Positions 1-12,647 of a stretch of 64,000 bases of DNA are shown one piece after another. This DNA comes from Octopus sinensis (lineage: Eukaryota): the NCBI RefSeq assembly GCF_006345805.1, contig NC_043010.1, positions 30,070,001-30,134,000 on the forward strand, in the 5' to 3' direction. Numbering within the stretch: the stretch's first letter is position 1; every line of letters starts with the position of its first letter. The notes beneath the pieces are model-generated. The model worked only from the letters and a program-made list of their open reading frames with translations, made no database searches and was not told where the DNA came from. The translations under genes were made by a program, and so were the position numbers.

Positions 1-1040
1 ACTCCACCCAAAAAGTGACACAGACAGACTGTATCTACCGAGAAAAAGAGGGGGGTAGAGGACTTATTGGATGCAAACACAGCGTTAGAGCAGAAGAAAA
101 CAACATAGCATGTGTTGAAAATATGCCACAGAACCGCTATTATTAGAAGTAAGGTCAGGCTTCTCTAGGATGAAAGATAAAGATAAAGCACTGTACAAGC
201 AATTGAAAACGAATGAAACTGAAAATAGGTGGGTAAAGAAAAGAATGCATGTTCAATTTCATAGGGATGTTGAAGATAAAACAGACAGAGAAAAAAGATA
301 GCTGTGGATGACTAAAAGTGATTTAAAACCGGAAACGGAGTCTCTAATCTGTGCTGTCCAAGAGCAAGCACTAAGAGCAAATTACATAAAATATAGAATA
401 GACAACACATCGGAAAGTGATAAGTTCAGAATCTGTGGACGAAATGGTGAAACCATATGGCATATTACTAGCCAATGTTCGCCACTAGCCCAGAAGGAAT
501 ATAAGAGACACGACGACAATATAGCCAGGCTTGTCAATTGGACACTTTGCAACAAGTGTGGACTTGACAGAGCAAAAAGTTGGTACGACCACAAACCCGA
601 AGGCATTATCGAAAATAAAAATGCAAAGATCCTATGGGATTTTATGATTCAGTGCGACCATGAGATAGAGAATAGGAAGCCAGACATAGTCTTAATTGGG
701 AAAGAAAACAAACTATGCTGGATCATAGATATAGCATGCCCAGCAGACAACAAGGTATGCGATAAAGAAGAAAGAAAAGTCGAAAGATATGACTTGGGAA
801 GTTAAGCAGTTGTGGTCGATGAAAAAGGTAGCAGTAGTGTCAATAATTGTCTGAGCCCTGGGAAGAGTGAGTAAAAACCTCAAGAAGCACATGGATCAAA
901 TAGGGGCTGCAATAAGGGTGGAGCACTTGCAGAAAACAGCACTGCTTGGAACCGCTCGAATACTCCGGAAGGTGCTCGAAAAATAAGAGGTGTTACCTTA
1001 GTTCATTGGTAATGAACAGCGTTAGAAGCTGTGCAAAAGC
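1..1040 (+). mobile_element. R4/Dong-clade non-LTR retrotransposon, 3' portion (RT thumb, CCHC knuckle, REL endonuclease), degenerate
   Basis: LHPKSDTDRLYLPRKRGGRGL at the window start; ORF 308-805 has FRICGRNGETIWHITSQC, RHD, RKPDIV and IIDIACP; ends KVLEK* then a short 3'UTR and an (AAT)n tail. Confidence 0.9.
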
Positions 1041-1075
1041 AATAATAATAATAATAATAATAATAATCTTTGCAT

Positions 1076-1180
1076 TGGAACCGCTCGAATACTCCGGAAG
1101 GTGCTCGAAAAAAAAAAAAAAAAAAAGAGGTGTTACCTTAGTTCATTGGTAATGAACAGCGTTAGAAGCTGTGCAAAAGC
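1076..1180 (+). mobile_element. Duplicated 3' terminus of the same Dong element
   Basis: Near-identical repeat of 946-1040 (ttggaaccgctcgaatactccgg...gctgtgcaaaagc) between (AAT)n tracts. Confidence 0.85.
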
Positions 1181-1225
<45 letters not shown>

Positions 1226-1227
<2 letters not shown>

Positions 1228-1477
1228 GATTGTCTTAACTGGTACATAAGATTGTCTTAACTGGTACATCACACGTATTGAGAAGAGCATTGTCGATGTG
1301 AGAACTGTTGCTGCTCATGTATTTTAATTTAACTTAAAAAAAAAAAAAAAAAAATGAACGAACTACAGAGTTTGGTTTAATGGCCTACCAATGTATACTA
1401 TGAGTTTCTTTGCCCTAGGAGTCGGGAAGACACTCGGCAAGAAATGATAGCAAATTTGAAAGAAGAAGAAAAAAAAA

Positions 1478-1478
<1 letters not shown>
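1226..1478 (+). mobile_element. 3' terminus of a second Dong-like subfamily
   Basis: Encodes KIVLTGTSHVLRRALSM*, the typical REL C-terminus, then a different 3'UTR and a (TAA)n tail; 22-nt duplication at its 5' junction. Confidence 0.7.
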
Positions 1479-1514
<36 letters not shown>

Positions 1515-1524
1515 GAACACGAAG

Positions 1525-1772
1525 ACAGACGAAATACCTATTTCTTTATTGCCCACAAGGGGCTAAACATAGAGGGGACAAACAAGGATAGACAACCGGA
1601 TTAAGTCGATTACATCGACCCCAGTGCGCAACTGGTGCTTAATTTATCCACCCCGAAAGGATGAAAGGCAAAGTCGACGTCGGCGGAATTTGAACTCGGA
1701 ATGTAACGGCAGACGAAATACAGCTACGCATTTCGCCCGGCGTGCTAACGTTTCTGCCAGCTCGCCGCCTTA
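1525..1772 (-). mobile_element. tRNA-derived SINE (family with gcctttcatcctttcggggtcgat central domain)
   Basis: Minus strand reads ggcggcgagctggcagaaacgttagc...gagttcaaattcc (A/B boxes); homologous copies at 41875, 44207 and 56690. Confidence 0.85.
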
Positions 1773-1827
1773 AATGATGATGATGATAATGATAAAAACA
1801 ACAACAACAACAACAAAAACAACAACA

Positions 1828-1864
<37 letters not shown>

Positions 1865-1865
1865 C

Positions 1866-1928
<63 letters not shown>

Positions 1929-2513
1929 AATAATAATAACAATAACAACAACAAAAACCTGAAAATAATTGGTAAAATCCCGTTTGCACTTAAGGATATA
2001 ATTTCAGCTAATGATGTTGACATTACAGATCTGTCACCTGTACTATGCATCCGTGAAAATCTCAACGATTCTATGCAGTGAAAAGATTAGAAAACGACAT
2101 TGCCACAAATAGCCTATTTAACAAGAGCATATTCAACACTAAATTTAACTCCTTAGGTCTGACATAGAATGTTTAAAAGACCTTAAGTCTGACAAGACTA
2201 CCAAACCAACAAAAATGCGAAAATTAAAGAATAGATATTATATGAAAACCATGCTTGACATCGATATCACGTGTGTATGTATACGAGTGTTCAATTTATG
2301 GGAAAGATCCAGGGGAATAATTACAAGATAGCCAAATGTTGCTTAAGTGCACCAGGAATCAATGATCACTCTTGTGTGGGTGTTAATTTCGGGGAGAAGC
2401 AAGATGTATTTAGGAGAAGATAGAAAAAAAAAAAGAAAATGGAGACAAACGCTCAAGATGTTATTAGATCATTTATATCTTGAAGATATAAATGATTTAA
2501 TAACGTCTTGTCC

Positions 2514-2722
2514 GGTGACCGCGTGTGTACCGTTGGCGATTTTTTCCCCTCCGTCTTCCCTTCTTTGGATCTTTCCTATTCCTATGTTTCTGACGAAGAG
2601 CTCCGCTCGAAACGTTAACCCCCCTTCTTTCCTTCTTTCCTGAGCGTTCAATAATACTATACTTGTTCCACGTCCTCGCGTTGCTGTGTTTTCTCTTTGT
2701 GTTTTCATGCTTGGATTAACTA
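2514..2722 (+). mobile_element. Short non-autonomous PLE/pseudo-LTR repeat with minimal hammerhead
   Basis: Dispersed copies at 19335, 28786 and 63694 (partial); contains CTGACGA-a-gagc/tcc/gctc-GAAACGTT; ends in (TA)n. Confidence 0.75.
2586..2620 (+). ncRNA. Minimal type I hammerhead ribozyme motif
   Basis: gttt CTGACGA a gagc-tcc-gctc GAAA CGTT aacc: intact core, 4-bp stem II and self-complementary ACGT stem III as in PLE dimeric hammerheads. Confidence 0.7.
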
Positions 2723-2735
2723 TATTATATATATA

Positions 2736-2774
<39 letters not shown>

Positions 2775-2920
2775 TATATATAATATATATATATTATATA
2801 TATATATATAAAATAAAATAAATTACTTTACTCTGCTATGTATTGAGTACCTTATTTACTGTGGTTAACACATATATATATGTATATATATATATATATA
2901 TATAATATATATATATATAT

Positions 2921-3024
<104 letters not shown>

Positions 3025-3238
3025 TATATGTACATACATATATACATACATACTTATATGTATGTATGTACGTGTTTGTTTGTGTACGTGTGCATGTGTG
3101 TGTTTGAACTCTCCCAGCTCTTGGTTACCGGTGTTGGTTTATTTACTTTCTATTAACTTAGCGGTTCGGCAAAAAAGAGACTCATAGAATAAGAACTAGG
3201 CTTAAAAGCAAGCACTGTGGTCTATTCGTTCAACTGAA

Positions 3239-3587
3239 CCATCGATTAAGTCTACGAGTGCTTGTGAGACGGCGATCGCATCTACAAGTGGTGGTCTGCG
3301 CGAGTCTTGTGAAAGTGATTCAGAAAACGATTAAAATAATAATATTTTTTATTATAAATGATCTTGACATTCTTTTTACTTTACATAAAATATTCTTTAC
3401 ATTCTACTGTTGTTTTATTGCCATTTATTTACGAGTATTATAAATTTCAACGGTAAAAATATTTTTCTGAGTACGAATTACGATTTATAATATGGCTACT
3501 ATGGGAAATTATTGCTTTGTTTTACGAGTTTTCGCTTTACGAACGGTCTTCAGGAATGAATTGATTCGTATATCGAGGCATTACTGT
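3239..3587 (-). mobile_element. pogo/Tigger-like MITE end fragment
   Basis: Minus strand begins cagtaatgcctcgatatacgaa, a Tigger-type TIR; other end not recognisable. Confidence 0.4.
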
Positions 3588-3722
3588 GTAAGAAATAGGA
3601 TCACGCTTGGTCGTATCGTGTAGGAAATACGATTGCACGCGGTTCTACTCTTAACGAATTATTCAAAGCCATAAAATACATACAAACGATAATAGAACAT
3701 AAGTGAATTGACACAAGTCTTC

Positions 3723-4401
3723 TGTTGGTAGATAAATATTATTTATTTTACATATTTTACAATCATGTGGATTCTAAGAGTTCGTAAGCGTTAGCATGTT
3801 TTGTGTCTGTGTGTTCGGGTGGCGTGAAGCATACCCAAAGGTACTGAACATAGAATTAAGAATGGCATTTAGTTTACTGTTCATAGGGCAAGATGCTGGA
3901 ATCTACTCGAGAGGCTTTCAGTGTTTTCAGCGTAGCAACAGGTAGTAGCAGAGACAATCGCATATCTCTAAGTTGAGCAGCAGAGGCCTAAGTTAGTTCT
4001 CAAAAGAACTGGAACCCAAGACCTAAGTGTCGGTGAAACCCTGCTTTATATACTGTTCGGTTGGCTCACCGAACTCCAGAAAATGGAATTTTAACCGAAA
4101 GTCTTGATTGGCTGATTCGCAATTATGGCGCGAAATAAGTCGAGACAATTCGCGTCACGTGTCCATCAGTGGCGCGGACTTCGTAGGGACCCTCGTGTCA
4201 CATGTCAAACAGTGGCGCGAAATACGTAGAGACACCTCGTGTCACCTGTCAGCCAGTCAAGTTAGTGTTTAGAACAAGAACAAGTTGACCAAAGATGGTT
4301 GTAACCTCAAACGAGATCATTTCTGCCTTGCCCTTCACACAGTCAAGATATTAACAATCGCTATGATCATATTTCAAAAAGGCTGAAATTGCCACGCTAC
4401 A
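3723..4401 (-). mobile_element. Probable solo LTR
   Basis: TG...CA ends; on minus strand three ~43-bp enhancer-like repeats (4125-4255), CCAAT, TATATAAA (~4050) and AATAAA near the end. No TSD found. Confidence 0.5.
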
Positions 4402-4877
4402 ACTGTATTTATTTACTTTTATATCTTTAATTTTCGACATTATTTTTATTCTTTTTGTTTTTATCAATCTCAATCACCACAACTGCCATCAACTTACTTT
4501 TGAACTACTGACTATTCTTCTAAATCAACATCCCATTCATAAGATACCTTTCCTTTCTTCTATTCATTTTAACTGATATTAGATTTCATTTATTTTTATT
4601 TATTTATTCATTTATCTATTTATACCTTTTAATGCCACTGGTCCCGAAATTAACTCATCTGCTCACCGAGCAACGAAAATTATGACACCATATATTACAA
4701 ACAACAGATTTTAAAGTCAACGGTCTTTGTGTTTCTGAACGGCAAACTTGTCTTCTACATACGGCTTCAGATCGAAACATTTGTCATGCAAGTACATCTC
4801 CGTATACGTACATACATACATACATACATACATACATACATCATACATACATACATACATACATAAGGTTATGTCAT

Positions 4878-5312
4878 GTTTCTGTGGAAGACATCACGCA
4901 TGTTATTAGCAGCTGTTCTAAAATGTCGTCACAGTACTACCTCCCTATGCGGCACGATATTGTCGCTTAAGCAATTTACAATGCCATCCGCAAAAAGACT
5001 GTCCTGAAATAAACTTAGAAAATCCCTCTGTTATGGAATATATTCATAAACACCAACTCAAGGAATACTGGAGGAATATTCCCATCAAAACTTCTGTCAA
5101 ATGTAAACATAACAAGCCGGATATTGTTGTTTGGGACAGAGGGGCAAAGGTATGTACCATCATAGAGGTCAGCTGCCCTGCAAATATAAATATCTCTTTG
5201 AAAATCAAAGAAAAAGAGGATATCTATGGACAACTGCTTCGAAACCTTCAGCTTCTATATTTTGACTATGAATTCATATTCATACCAATAATAATTAGAG
5301 CACTAGGTTTTG
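4878..5312 (+). mobile_element. R4/Dong REL fragment adjacent to (TACA)n
   Basis: HVISSCSKMSSQYYLPMRHD and KHNKPDIVVWD...IIEVSCPA; interrupted by a Gypsy LTR at ~5311-5317. Confidence 0.85.
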
Positions 5313-5316
5313 TTAG

Positions 5317-7232
5317 TGTTGTGTGGACGCCCCCAGACGATGAAGTAGGCTACCCCTTCACGTAGATATAGAGGTAGAAGTCTAGACGTCGAAGAGTCGA
5401 GGAGTTGAGATGAGATGGATAAGCTGTTTACAGTGGAGACGGAGAAAGAGAAGGTAGCAGACTCAGAGAAGAGTATAGAGGAACTTTTGACAGGAAGGGT
5501 AGTTAAGGAAGAAAGGAGAAGACCGAGAGGAGGTAAGAACAGATAGAATTTTGTGACCTATTCTAAGAACAAGGAGGTGGAGAAAAAAATCGTAAAGTTC
5601 AAGCAGATCATAAGGGTAAAGCTGCCCAATGACGTGTACCCAGAGAGTGTGAAGGCCATTGTGGTCGATAGGGAAACCTATAAGAAACTTAGAGACATGT
5701 GCGGGAACAGAATTGACCCAGCCGGAGCGTTGGTGGAATTCAATGAGCTGCCACCGGTAATCGATCTGTTGGAGCTGGAGCCGTATATGAGGCGATAAAA
5801 GGGAAAAAAAGAAAGGAAAAAGTGTTTGAGCCCCCCCCCCCCCCCCAAAAAACGATAATTAAGGAAAGGGAAAAAATCAACAGATGAAGTAACAAGACTG
5901 TGAGTACAAACGTTCTAATGGTACTGTATGAGGAGTGGGGCCCATGCAGCCATTCATCTTTCATTATTATATAATATTCATGCTCATTCGTTTTATGTTT
6001 ATTGTCCCCACTGTGGTGTTGTGTTTGTCCTTGTAGTGTCCCCTCTGTGTTAGAGGCCGAGTGCCAAAATAAAGAATCTGAGTCGAGGAGTTGAGTAGAG
6101 GTCATCCGAACGTGCGACATAACAGTGGCGACGAGGATTGCGTAGCTCACACAGCCACTGTGTTGTATTGCGATATAACAGTGGCGACGAGGTTTCGAAT
6201 AGTATCGAAATGGAAGAGTTACTGAAAGCAGTTGTAAAACAACAAGAGCAGCAACTACAGCAGCAGCATCAGCAACTACAGAAGTTAACAGAATTGTTAC
6301 TGCAGTCGAGAAATACGACAGAACCATTTTCAGCAGATGGTGTTGCAAATTCCATCGAAGAATTTCACTACAATCTGGATGAAGGAACTACTTTTGCTGC
6401 ATATTACAGACGATACGAAGACATATTCCGAGAGGAATGCAAGGGATGGTCTAGTGAAAGGAAGGTAAGGCTCCTTTTGCGAAAGCTTGCTACTCTGGAA
6501 CACGAAAGATTTTGTAACTTTATTTTGCCGAGAAAGCCTGCGGGATTGTGTTTTGATGAAACGATAAATATTTTGACTAATATTTTTAGCAAAAGTTCGA
6601 TGGGAATGTTTAAATTTAAAAAAAAACGAGTCCGATGATTTTGCAACGTATACCAGTATGGTTAATAAGGCTTGCGAAAGGTTTAAGCTGGAAGAATTAA
6701 CGCCAGATATGTTCAAGTGCCTAATATTCGTTAAAGGGCTAGTGGCAACGGAAGATGCGGAAAATAGAAAAAGAATATTATCAAAGTTGAACCAAGATGT
6801 GAAACTCACTTTGCAGAATGTGGCTGAGGAATGCCAACAAATAATAAACCTTCGAGATGATACAAGAAAGATAGAAGACAAGAATAATAATAATGTATAA
6901 ATGTGTAAAGAAAGTACAGAAAGAGAGAAAAATTTAAATTCAAAACGGTGCTATGGTTGCGGAGATCGATATTTGAGGAAAGATTGCCCCTTTAAAGTGT
7001 GAGAAAAGTGGACATATACAAACGAAATGCCGGTCAAAGAAAATGGTAAAACAGAAGAAGGTCTACTCAACAAAAGTAAATGATACCAGACAAAACCGAA
7101 AATTTGTGTTGGTAGAAATAAATGGGCTTCAGACCAAAATGCAATTAGATACCGGTTCATACACTACATGTGGATTTCGCAGGACCAATAAATGGCTCTC
7201 ATTATATCATTGTGGTGGATAGCTATTCGGAT
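5317..7232 (+). mobile_element. Ty3/Gypsy (Mag/K02A2.6-like) element: 5' LTR, PBS, gag, deleted pol with integrase remnant
   Basis: TGTTG...ATAACA (6124) then TGGCGACGAG PBS; gag IEEFHYNLDEGTTFAAYYRRYEDIF...KVRLLLRKL; CYGCG knuckle; HVDFAGPINGSHYIIVVDSYS at ~7165-7230. Confidence 0.85.
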
Positions 7233-7680
7233 TGATTCCAAAATTTACAGGGACATACAAAATGAGGTGAGGATGTGAGTGGGCTAAGTTAGAAATCCCT
7301 ATCTTAAAAGGTGTGGTTACTAGGGCAAAAAGCGCACACTTTGACAAGTCTTCTCTCATTCTCTTACCTGCTTGTCTTCCTCCGTCTCTCTATCTTTCCT
7401 CCATTCCCTTCAATTTCTCTCTATAACGTCGTTTGACAGCGTCTACTATCTTTCCCCCGCCGCATTAGCCAGCGCTGTCTTTGTCTCTCTCTCTCTCTAC
7501 TTCTGTCTGCATTCATAGAGAGAATTATTATCGCCACATCCACCACAACCACACAATCATGAGAACAAATATCATGAATCAGATATTTATTGGGTTAAGT
7601 TATATATGTGTGTGTGTGTTCTATATATAAATTATGTATATATAATGTATATATACAAAGTGTATATAGCTGTATTTATA

Positions 7681-7744
<64 letters not shown>

Positions 7745-7883
7745 AATTCCTATTTATAATCACCCCACTTTGTCGTATGGTTAACACCATATATTTCTGG
7801 TGCCTCTCCAAGTTAAGTACCATATTCATGTGAATTCAACAGAACTCACTTGAATCTTAATTGCTTCTACCGTATATATATAT

Positions 7884-7918
<35 letters not shown>

Positions 7919-7927
7919 TTATTATAT

Positions 7928-9137
7928 AGAAGGAGCTTCTACAGGACAGAACTGTTTTCATTCAGAGAAATCTCAGGAAGCTAGTTAACAATAATTGTAT
8001 TGCATTATACTTTAGGCAGGTTTAAAGGGGTGTTGGTGGGGGACTTTTGGGGTAGGCATAGCGCAAAAAATCATACTTGGGGGAGTGGTCAAGGAGTCAG
8101 TGTTAAATTAGATAGAGAATAAAAATAAAAAATAAAAAATAAAAATAAAAAATAAATAATAATAATAAAAATATATAAAATATAAAATAAAAAATAAAAA
8201 TAAAAATAGAAAATAAAAAAATATAAAAAATAAAAAAATATAAAAAAATAAAAATAAAAATAAAAATAAAAAAATATATATATATATATATTATAAAGGG
8301 GGGGATAGAGTTTTAGGTAAATAAGGAGATTCTCACTTATACCTCTACACATACCACATATATATACAATCACACATACATATACATATCTACACATACA
8401 CATATATATGTATACATACACACACTCACTTGCATACACGTATACACACATGTATATATACACACACGACCACACATACATATACACACGAAAATATATA
8501 TATATACACATACACACACATCTACTCACATACACGCATACACACACAAATCCATACACACACATGCACACACAGCACACTAGTCCCTATATACACATAT
8601 ATACACATACACACATATATATACACCCCACACATACACATACATACACATATATACATACATACACATACATATACACATATATATACATACACATATA
8701 TATATATATACCACATATATATACATATGTGTACCCATGCATACCTACACATACACACATATATATATACATATACAAATACAGACCCATTCCCTAATTT
8801 TAATTTTATATCTTCGTTTATTCTTTTGTTATCTTGGCCGCTTGGTCCAAACATCTTGGCTATGACAGCCAACCATTTATCCGTCTACTGGAAAACAATT
8901 ACTCATTCACTCACGCACACTCTTTAGCACGTACACTCACTCATTCGTACACTCATACGCATACACGCACGCACGCGTTATATTCATACATACATACATC
9001 TACATACATTCACGTATATACACATACGTACGCGTACCTACAGATTCATGTCTACAACTCTTAGAAGGCTAGTCTATACATATACCCATAAATATAAATA
9101 CACACACATACATGTACACCTACATACAATACATACA

Positions 9138-9204
<67 letters not shown>

Positions 9205-9528
9205 GCGTACCTACAGATTCATGTCTACACTCTTCGAAGCTAGTCTATACATATACACCCATAAGTATAAATACACACACATACATACATGTACACCTAC
9301 ATACAAATACATACATGTACACATATACATACACATATATATATATATATATATACACATATATATACATATATATATTCATACTAACATGCATACTCAA
9401 AAATAAGTAAATAGTAAATATATATACGCGCAGTTATTCATACATGCATACTCAAAAAATATTAAGTATATGTACGTGCAGTTACCTATTATATAGACGG
9501 ATACATACATATAATAACTTACACACAT

Positions 9529-9611
<83 letters not shown>

Positions 9612-10271
9612 CATACATACACACACACATATATAAATATATACATACACACATACACCTACATATACACATACACACTACATACATATATATATATATA
9701 TATAAATATATATATATACACACACACACACACATACACATACATATACATACACATACATACATATATACACATACTTACACATGTACATATAAATACA
9801 CACATAGATAACCCTACGTACCTACACATACATAAACACACGAGCGTACGCGCATATGTACATATACATATACCCATCACACGCATATATATACATACAT
9901 ACACACATGTATACACACACACTCACTACACATATATATACATACACATATATATACACATATATATATATATATATGTATACATATATTATATATATTA
10001 TATATATATATCTATATATACACACACCCATATCATACCCCACACACATACACACACATATATATATATACATGTGTGCAACATACATACATTCTCATAC
10101 AAGCACACACACTTACATTTACATATCACACACTTACACACATATATATACATACACATATACATATACACATACATATGCATACACACAAATATACATA
10201 TATACATACATACATCTATACATATATACACACACACACACACACGCACATACATATATATATATATACAT

Positions 10272-10316
<45 letters not shown>

Positions 10317-10760
10317 CATACACACATGTATATTTTTTTACATACATACACGCACCCACACACATAATACATGCGTATAATCCTACTATACCCATACATT
10401 TCTATACATATATACGATACACATCTACAAGTGTGCACATACAATATGTGAAAGGTCTTAGGAGAAAAGGTAATCGGGGGTGCTAGGGGACGGTGGGATT
10501 GGGGGGTTTGTGGGTGGGGTGTCATCAATCTGGTTGCCGGGTAGGTCTATAGTTCCTTGTAGTTCGCATACTTCTTATGCATACAATTTGGGGAGTGTTC
10601 TGAGATTTTGTTAGGAGAGGGCCTTTGGCGAACAAGATCTCTAGGCTCTCCGATATGCAGAGGTCACAGCAGTTATGGCCTCCTGTGTACGAGCGCGCCT
10701 TCTGTAAAGACCTTAGCTGGTACACAACCCCCCCTTCAACCGTGAGGTCGCTACACCACA
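7928..10760 (-). mobile_element. Inverted 3' segment of a Penelope-like element (GIY-YIG C-terminus plus pseudo-LTR), swollen by microsatellites
   Basis: ORF 10525-10761 KARSYTGGHNCCDLCISESLEILF matches the PLE EN C-terminus; degenerate hammerhead at 7933-7983; about 2.3 kb of TA/CA repeats inside. Confidence 0.6.
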
Positions 10761-11095
10761 CCTGTAGCTAAAATCTTCTTCACTCTCCTACAGAAACACT
10801 TCCCCCACCCAACATAAGTACTACACTATCCTAAATAAGAACACTATTAGACTCTCCTACTCTACCACGCCCAATCTAGCCAGGAACCTAGCCAACAACA
10901 ATGTGAAAAAACTTAACATACCTACTTTTTTCCGAGGCCCATCCAACGTCCGATAGCAATTGCCAACTGCCCTGATAAAACTACCTGCCCCCTAAACAAC
11001 AACTGCCTACAGAGGGACCTAGTATATACATGCGAGGTAAGATCAGGCCCTGACGATAAAAGAAAATCCTACATAGGAATGACGTCAAACAGCTT
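10761..11095 (+). mobile_element. Penelope-like element linker and GIY-YIG N-terminal part
   Basis: HFPHQHKYYTILNKNTIRLSYSTTPNL...NCPDKTTCPLNNNCLQRDLVYTCEV...SYIGMTSNSF; cut by a SINE at 11095. Confidence 0.85.
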
Positions 11096-11493
11096 TTACT
11101 CTTTTACTTGTTTCAGTCATTTGACTGCGGCCATGCTGGAGCACTGCCTTTAATCGAGCAACTCGACCCCGGGACTTATTCTTTGTAAGCCCAGTACTTA
11201 TTCTATCGGTCTCTTATTGCCGAACCGCTAAGTGACGGGGACATAAACACACCAGCATCGGTTGTCAAGCGATGCTAGGGGGACAAACACAGACAACAAA
11301 CATGCACACACATACATATATATATATACATATATCTGACAGGTTTCTTTCAGTTTCCGTCTACCAAATCCACTCACAAGGCATTGGTCGACCCGAGGCT
11401 ATAGCAGAAGACACTTGCCCAAGATGCCACGCAGTGGGACTGAACCCGGAACCATGTGGTTGGTAAGCAAGCTACTTACCACACAGCCACTCC
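11095..11493 (-). mobile_element. tRNA/CORE-type SINE, near full length
   Basis: Minus strand gagtggctgtgtggtaag...gggttcagtcccactgcgtggcatcttgggcaagtg; internal (TA/TG)n; tail ...gactgaaacaagtaaaagag. Related copies at 13715, 14388, 30118, 50690 and 63516. Confidence 0.85.
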
Positions 11494-11607
11494 GTGCATT
11501 GTGCGGTCGGTTGAGCTGAAAATATTTACACTTATGTTAAAAGTGCTGGCGAGTTTGCATGGCAACTATTTTTTTCCTCAAATGAAAGGCGTGACCTCTA
11601 TTATATA

Positions 11608-12138
11608 TCTATATATATAAAACTCTAGTTGTGTGAGTGTCTGTCCCCTTCGATTTAGATTCCTAACTCCTCCCACATTTTGCGGTGCAGTTTAACCAAA
11701 TTCGGGTATCTTATAGTCATGATTCATATCGAGCCCGTCTGACTATTAGCGCGCGTCAACGATGAGTCTACGATTTAAAAAATAATTTAACATAATTTTT
11801 TTATTCCATTTTTAATGCATAAATGCATCGGTGTGTCGATGGCGGGGCGGAGTTGGCGTCCACGCTCACAGCTGCACCTGTTTGCTTCTCCCCCTTCCCT
11901 CCCTCGTGAAGCTGTGGGGAAGGGAGTGTAAAGAAATCAACGTCGTAATGCGTTGTTAAGGAGACCAGCGTTCTTTTAGAACAACGACTTCATGGCTTGA
12001 AGACACGAGTCAACGATTTAAAAAAATTATCATCATTTTTTATTCCATTTTTAATGCATTTTTTTGCTATAACTCTCTAAAAATGCTTATATAGTTATTT
12101 CCCTTACAACCCCGAGCAACGCCGGGCGATACTGCTAG
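11608..12138 (+). mobile_element. Non-autonomous Helitron, copy 1
   Basis: A|TCTATATATATAAAAC 5' end; subterminal hairpin cccgagcaacgccggg; CTAG|T 3' end. Confidence 0.85.
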
Positions 12139-12140
12139 TA

Positions 12141-12647
12141 TCTATATATATAAAACTGTAGTTGTGTGAGTGTCTGTACCCTTCGATTAGATTCCTAACT
12201 ACTCCCACATTTTGCGGTGCAGTTTAAAACAAATTCGGGTATCTTATAGTCGTGATTCATATCGACCCGTCTGGCTATTAGCGCGTGTCAACGATGAGTC
12301 TACGATTTTAAAATAATTTAACATCATTTTATATTCCATTTTTAATGCATAATTTTCGTGTGTCGATGGCGGCGGAGTTGGCGTTCACGCTCACACTGCA
12401 CCTGTTTGCTTCTCCCCCTTCCCTCCCTCGTGAAGCTTTGGGGAAGGGAGTGTAAAGAAATCAACGTCGTAATGCGTTGTCAAGGAGACCAGCGTTCTTT
12501 TAGAACAACGACTTCATGGCTTGAAGACACCAAAACAGAAATGGCTAAGAAAGCCCGAATTGGCATCTATAAGGGAAGTAACTCTCTAAAAATGCTTATA
12601 TAGTTATTTCCCTTACAAACCCGAGCAACGCCGGGCGATACTGCTAG
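12141..12647 (+). mobile_element. Non-autonomous Helitron, copy 2 (tandem)
   Basis: Same TC start, hairpin and CTAG end; highly similar to copy 1 but differs in one internal segment. Confidence 0.85.

Noticed and set aside
1639-2065. PolyC/polyL/polyT ORFs (also 33889-34644 and 61662-63415)
   Set aside because: Trinucleotide repeats plus SINE sequence; no splice or codon support.
7606-10528. Many long YI/HT/CV-rich ORFs (also at 2865, 18758, 48900, 59422 and elsewhere)
   Set aside because: Translations of (TA)n, (CA)n, (TACA)n and (TATC)n microsatellites.
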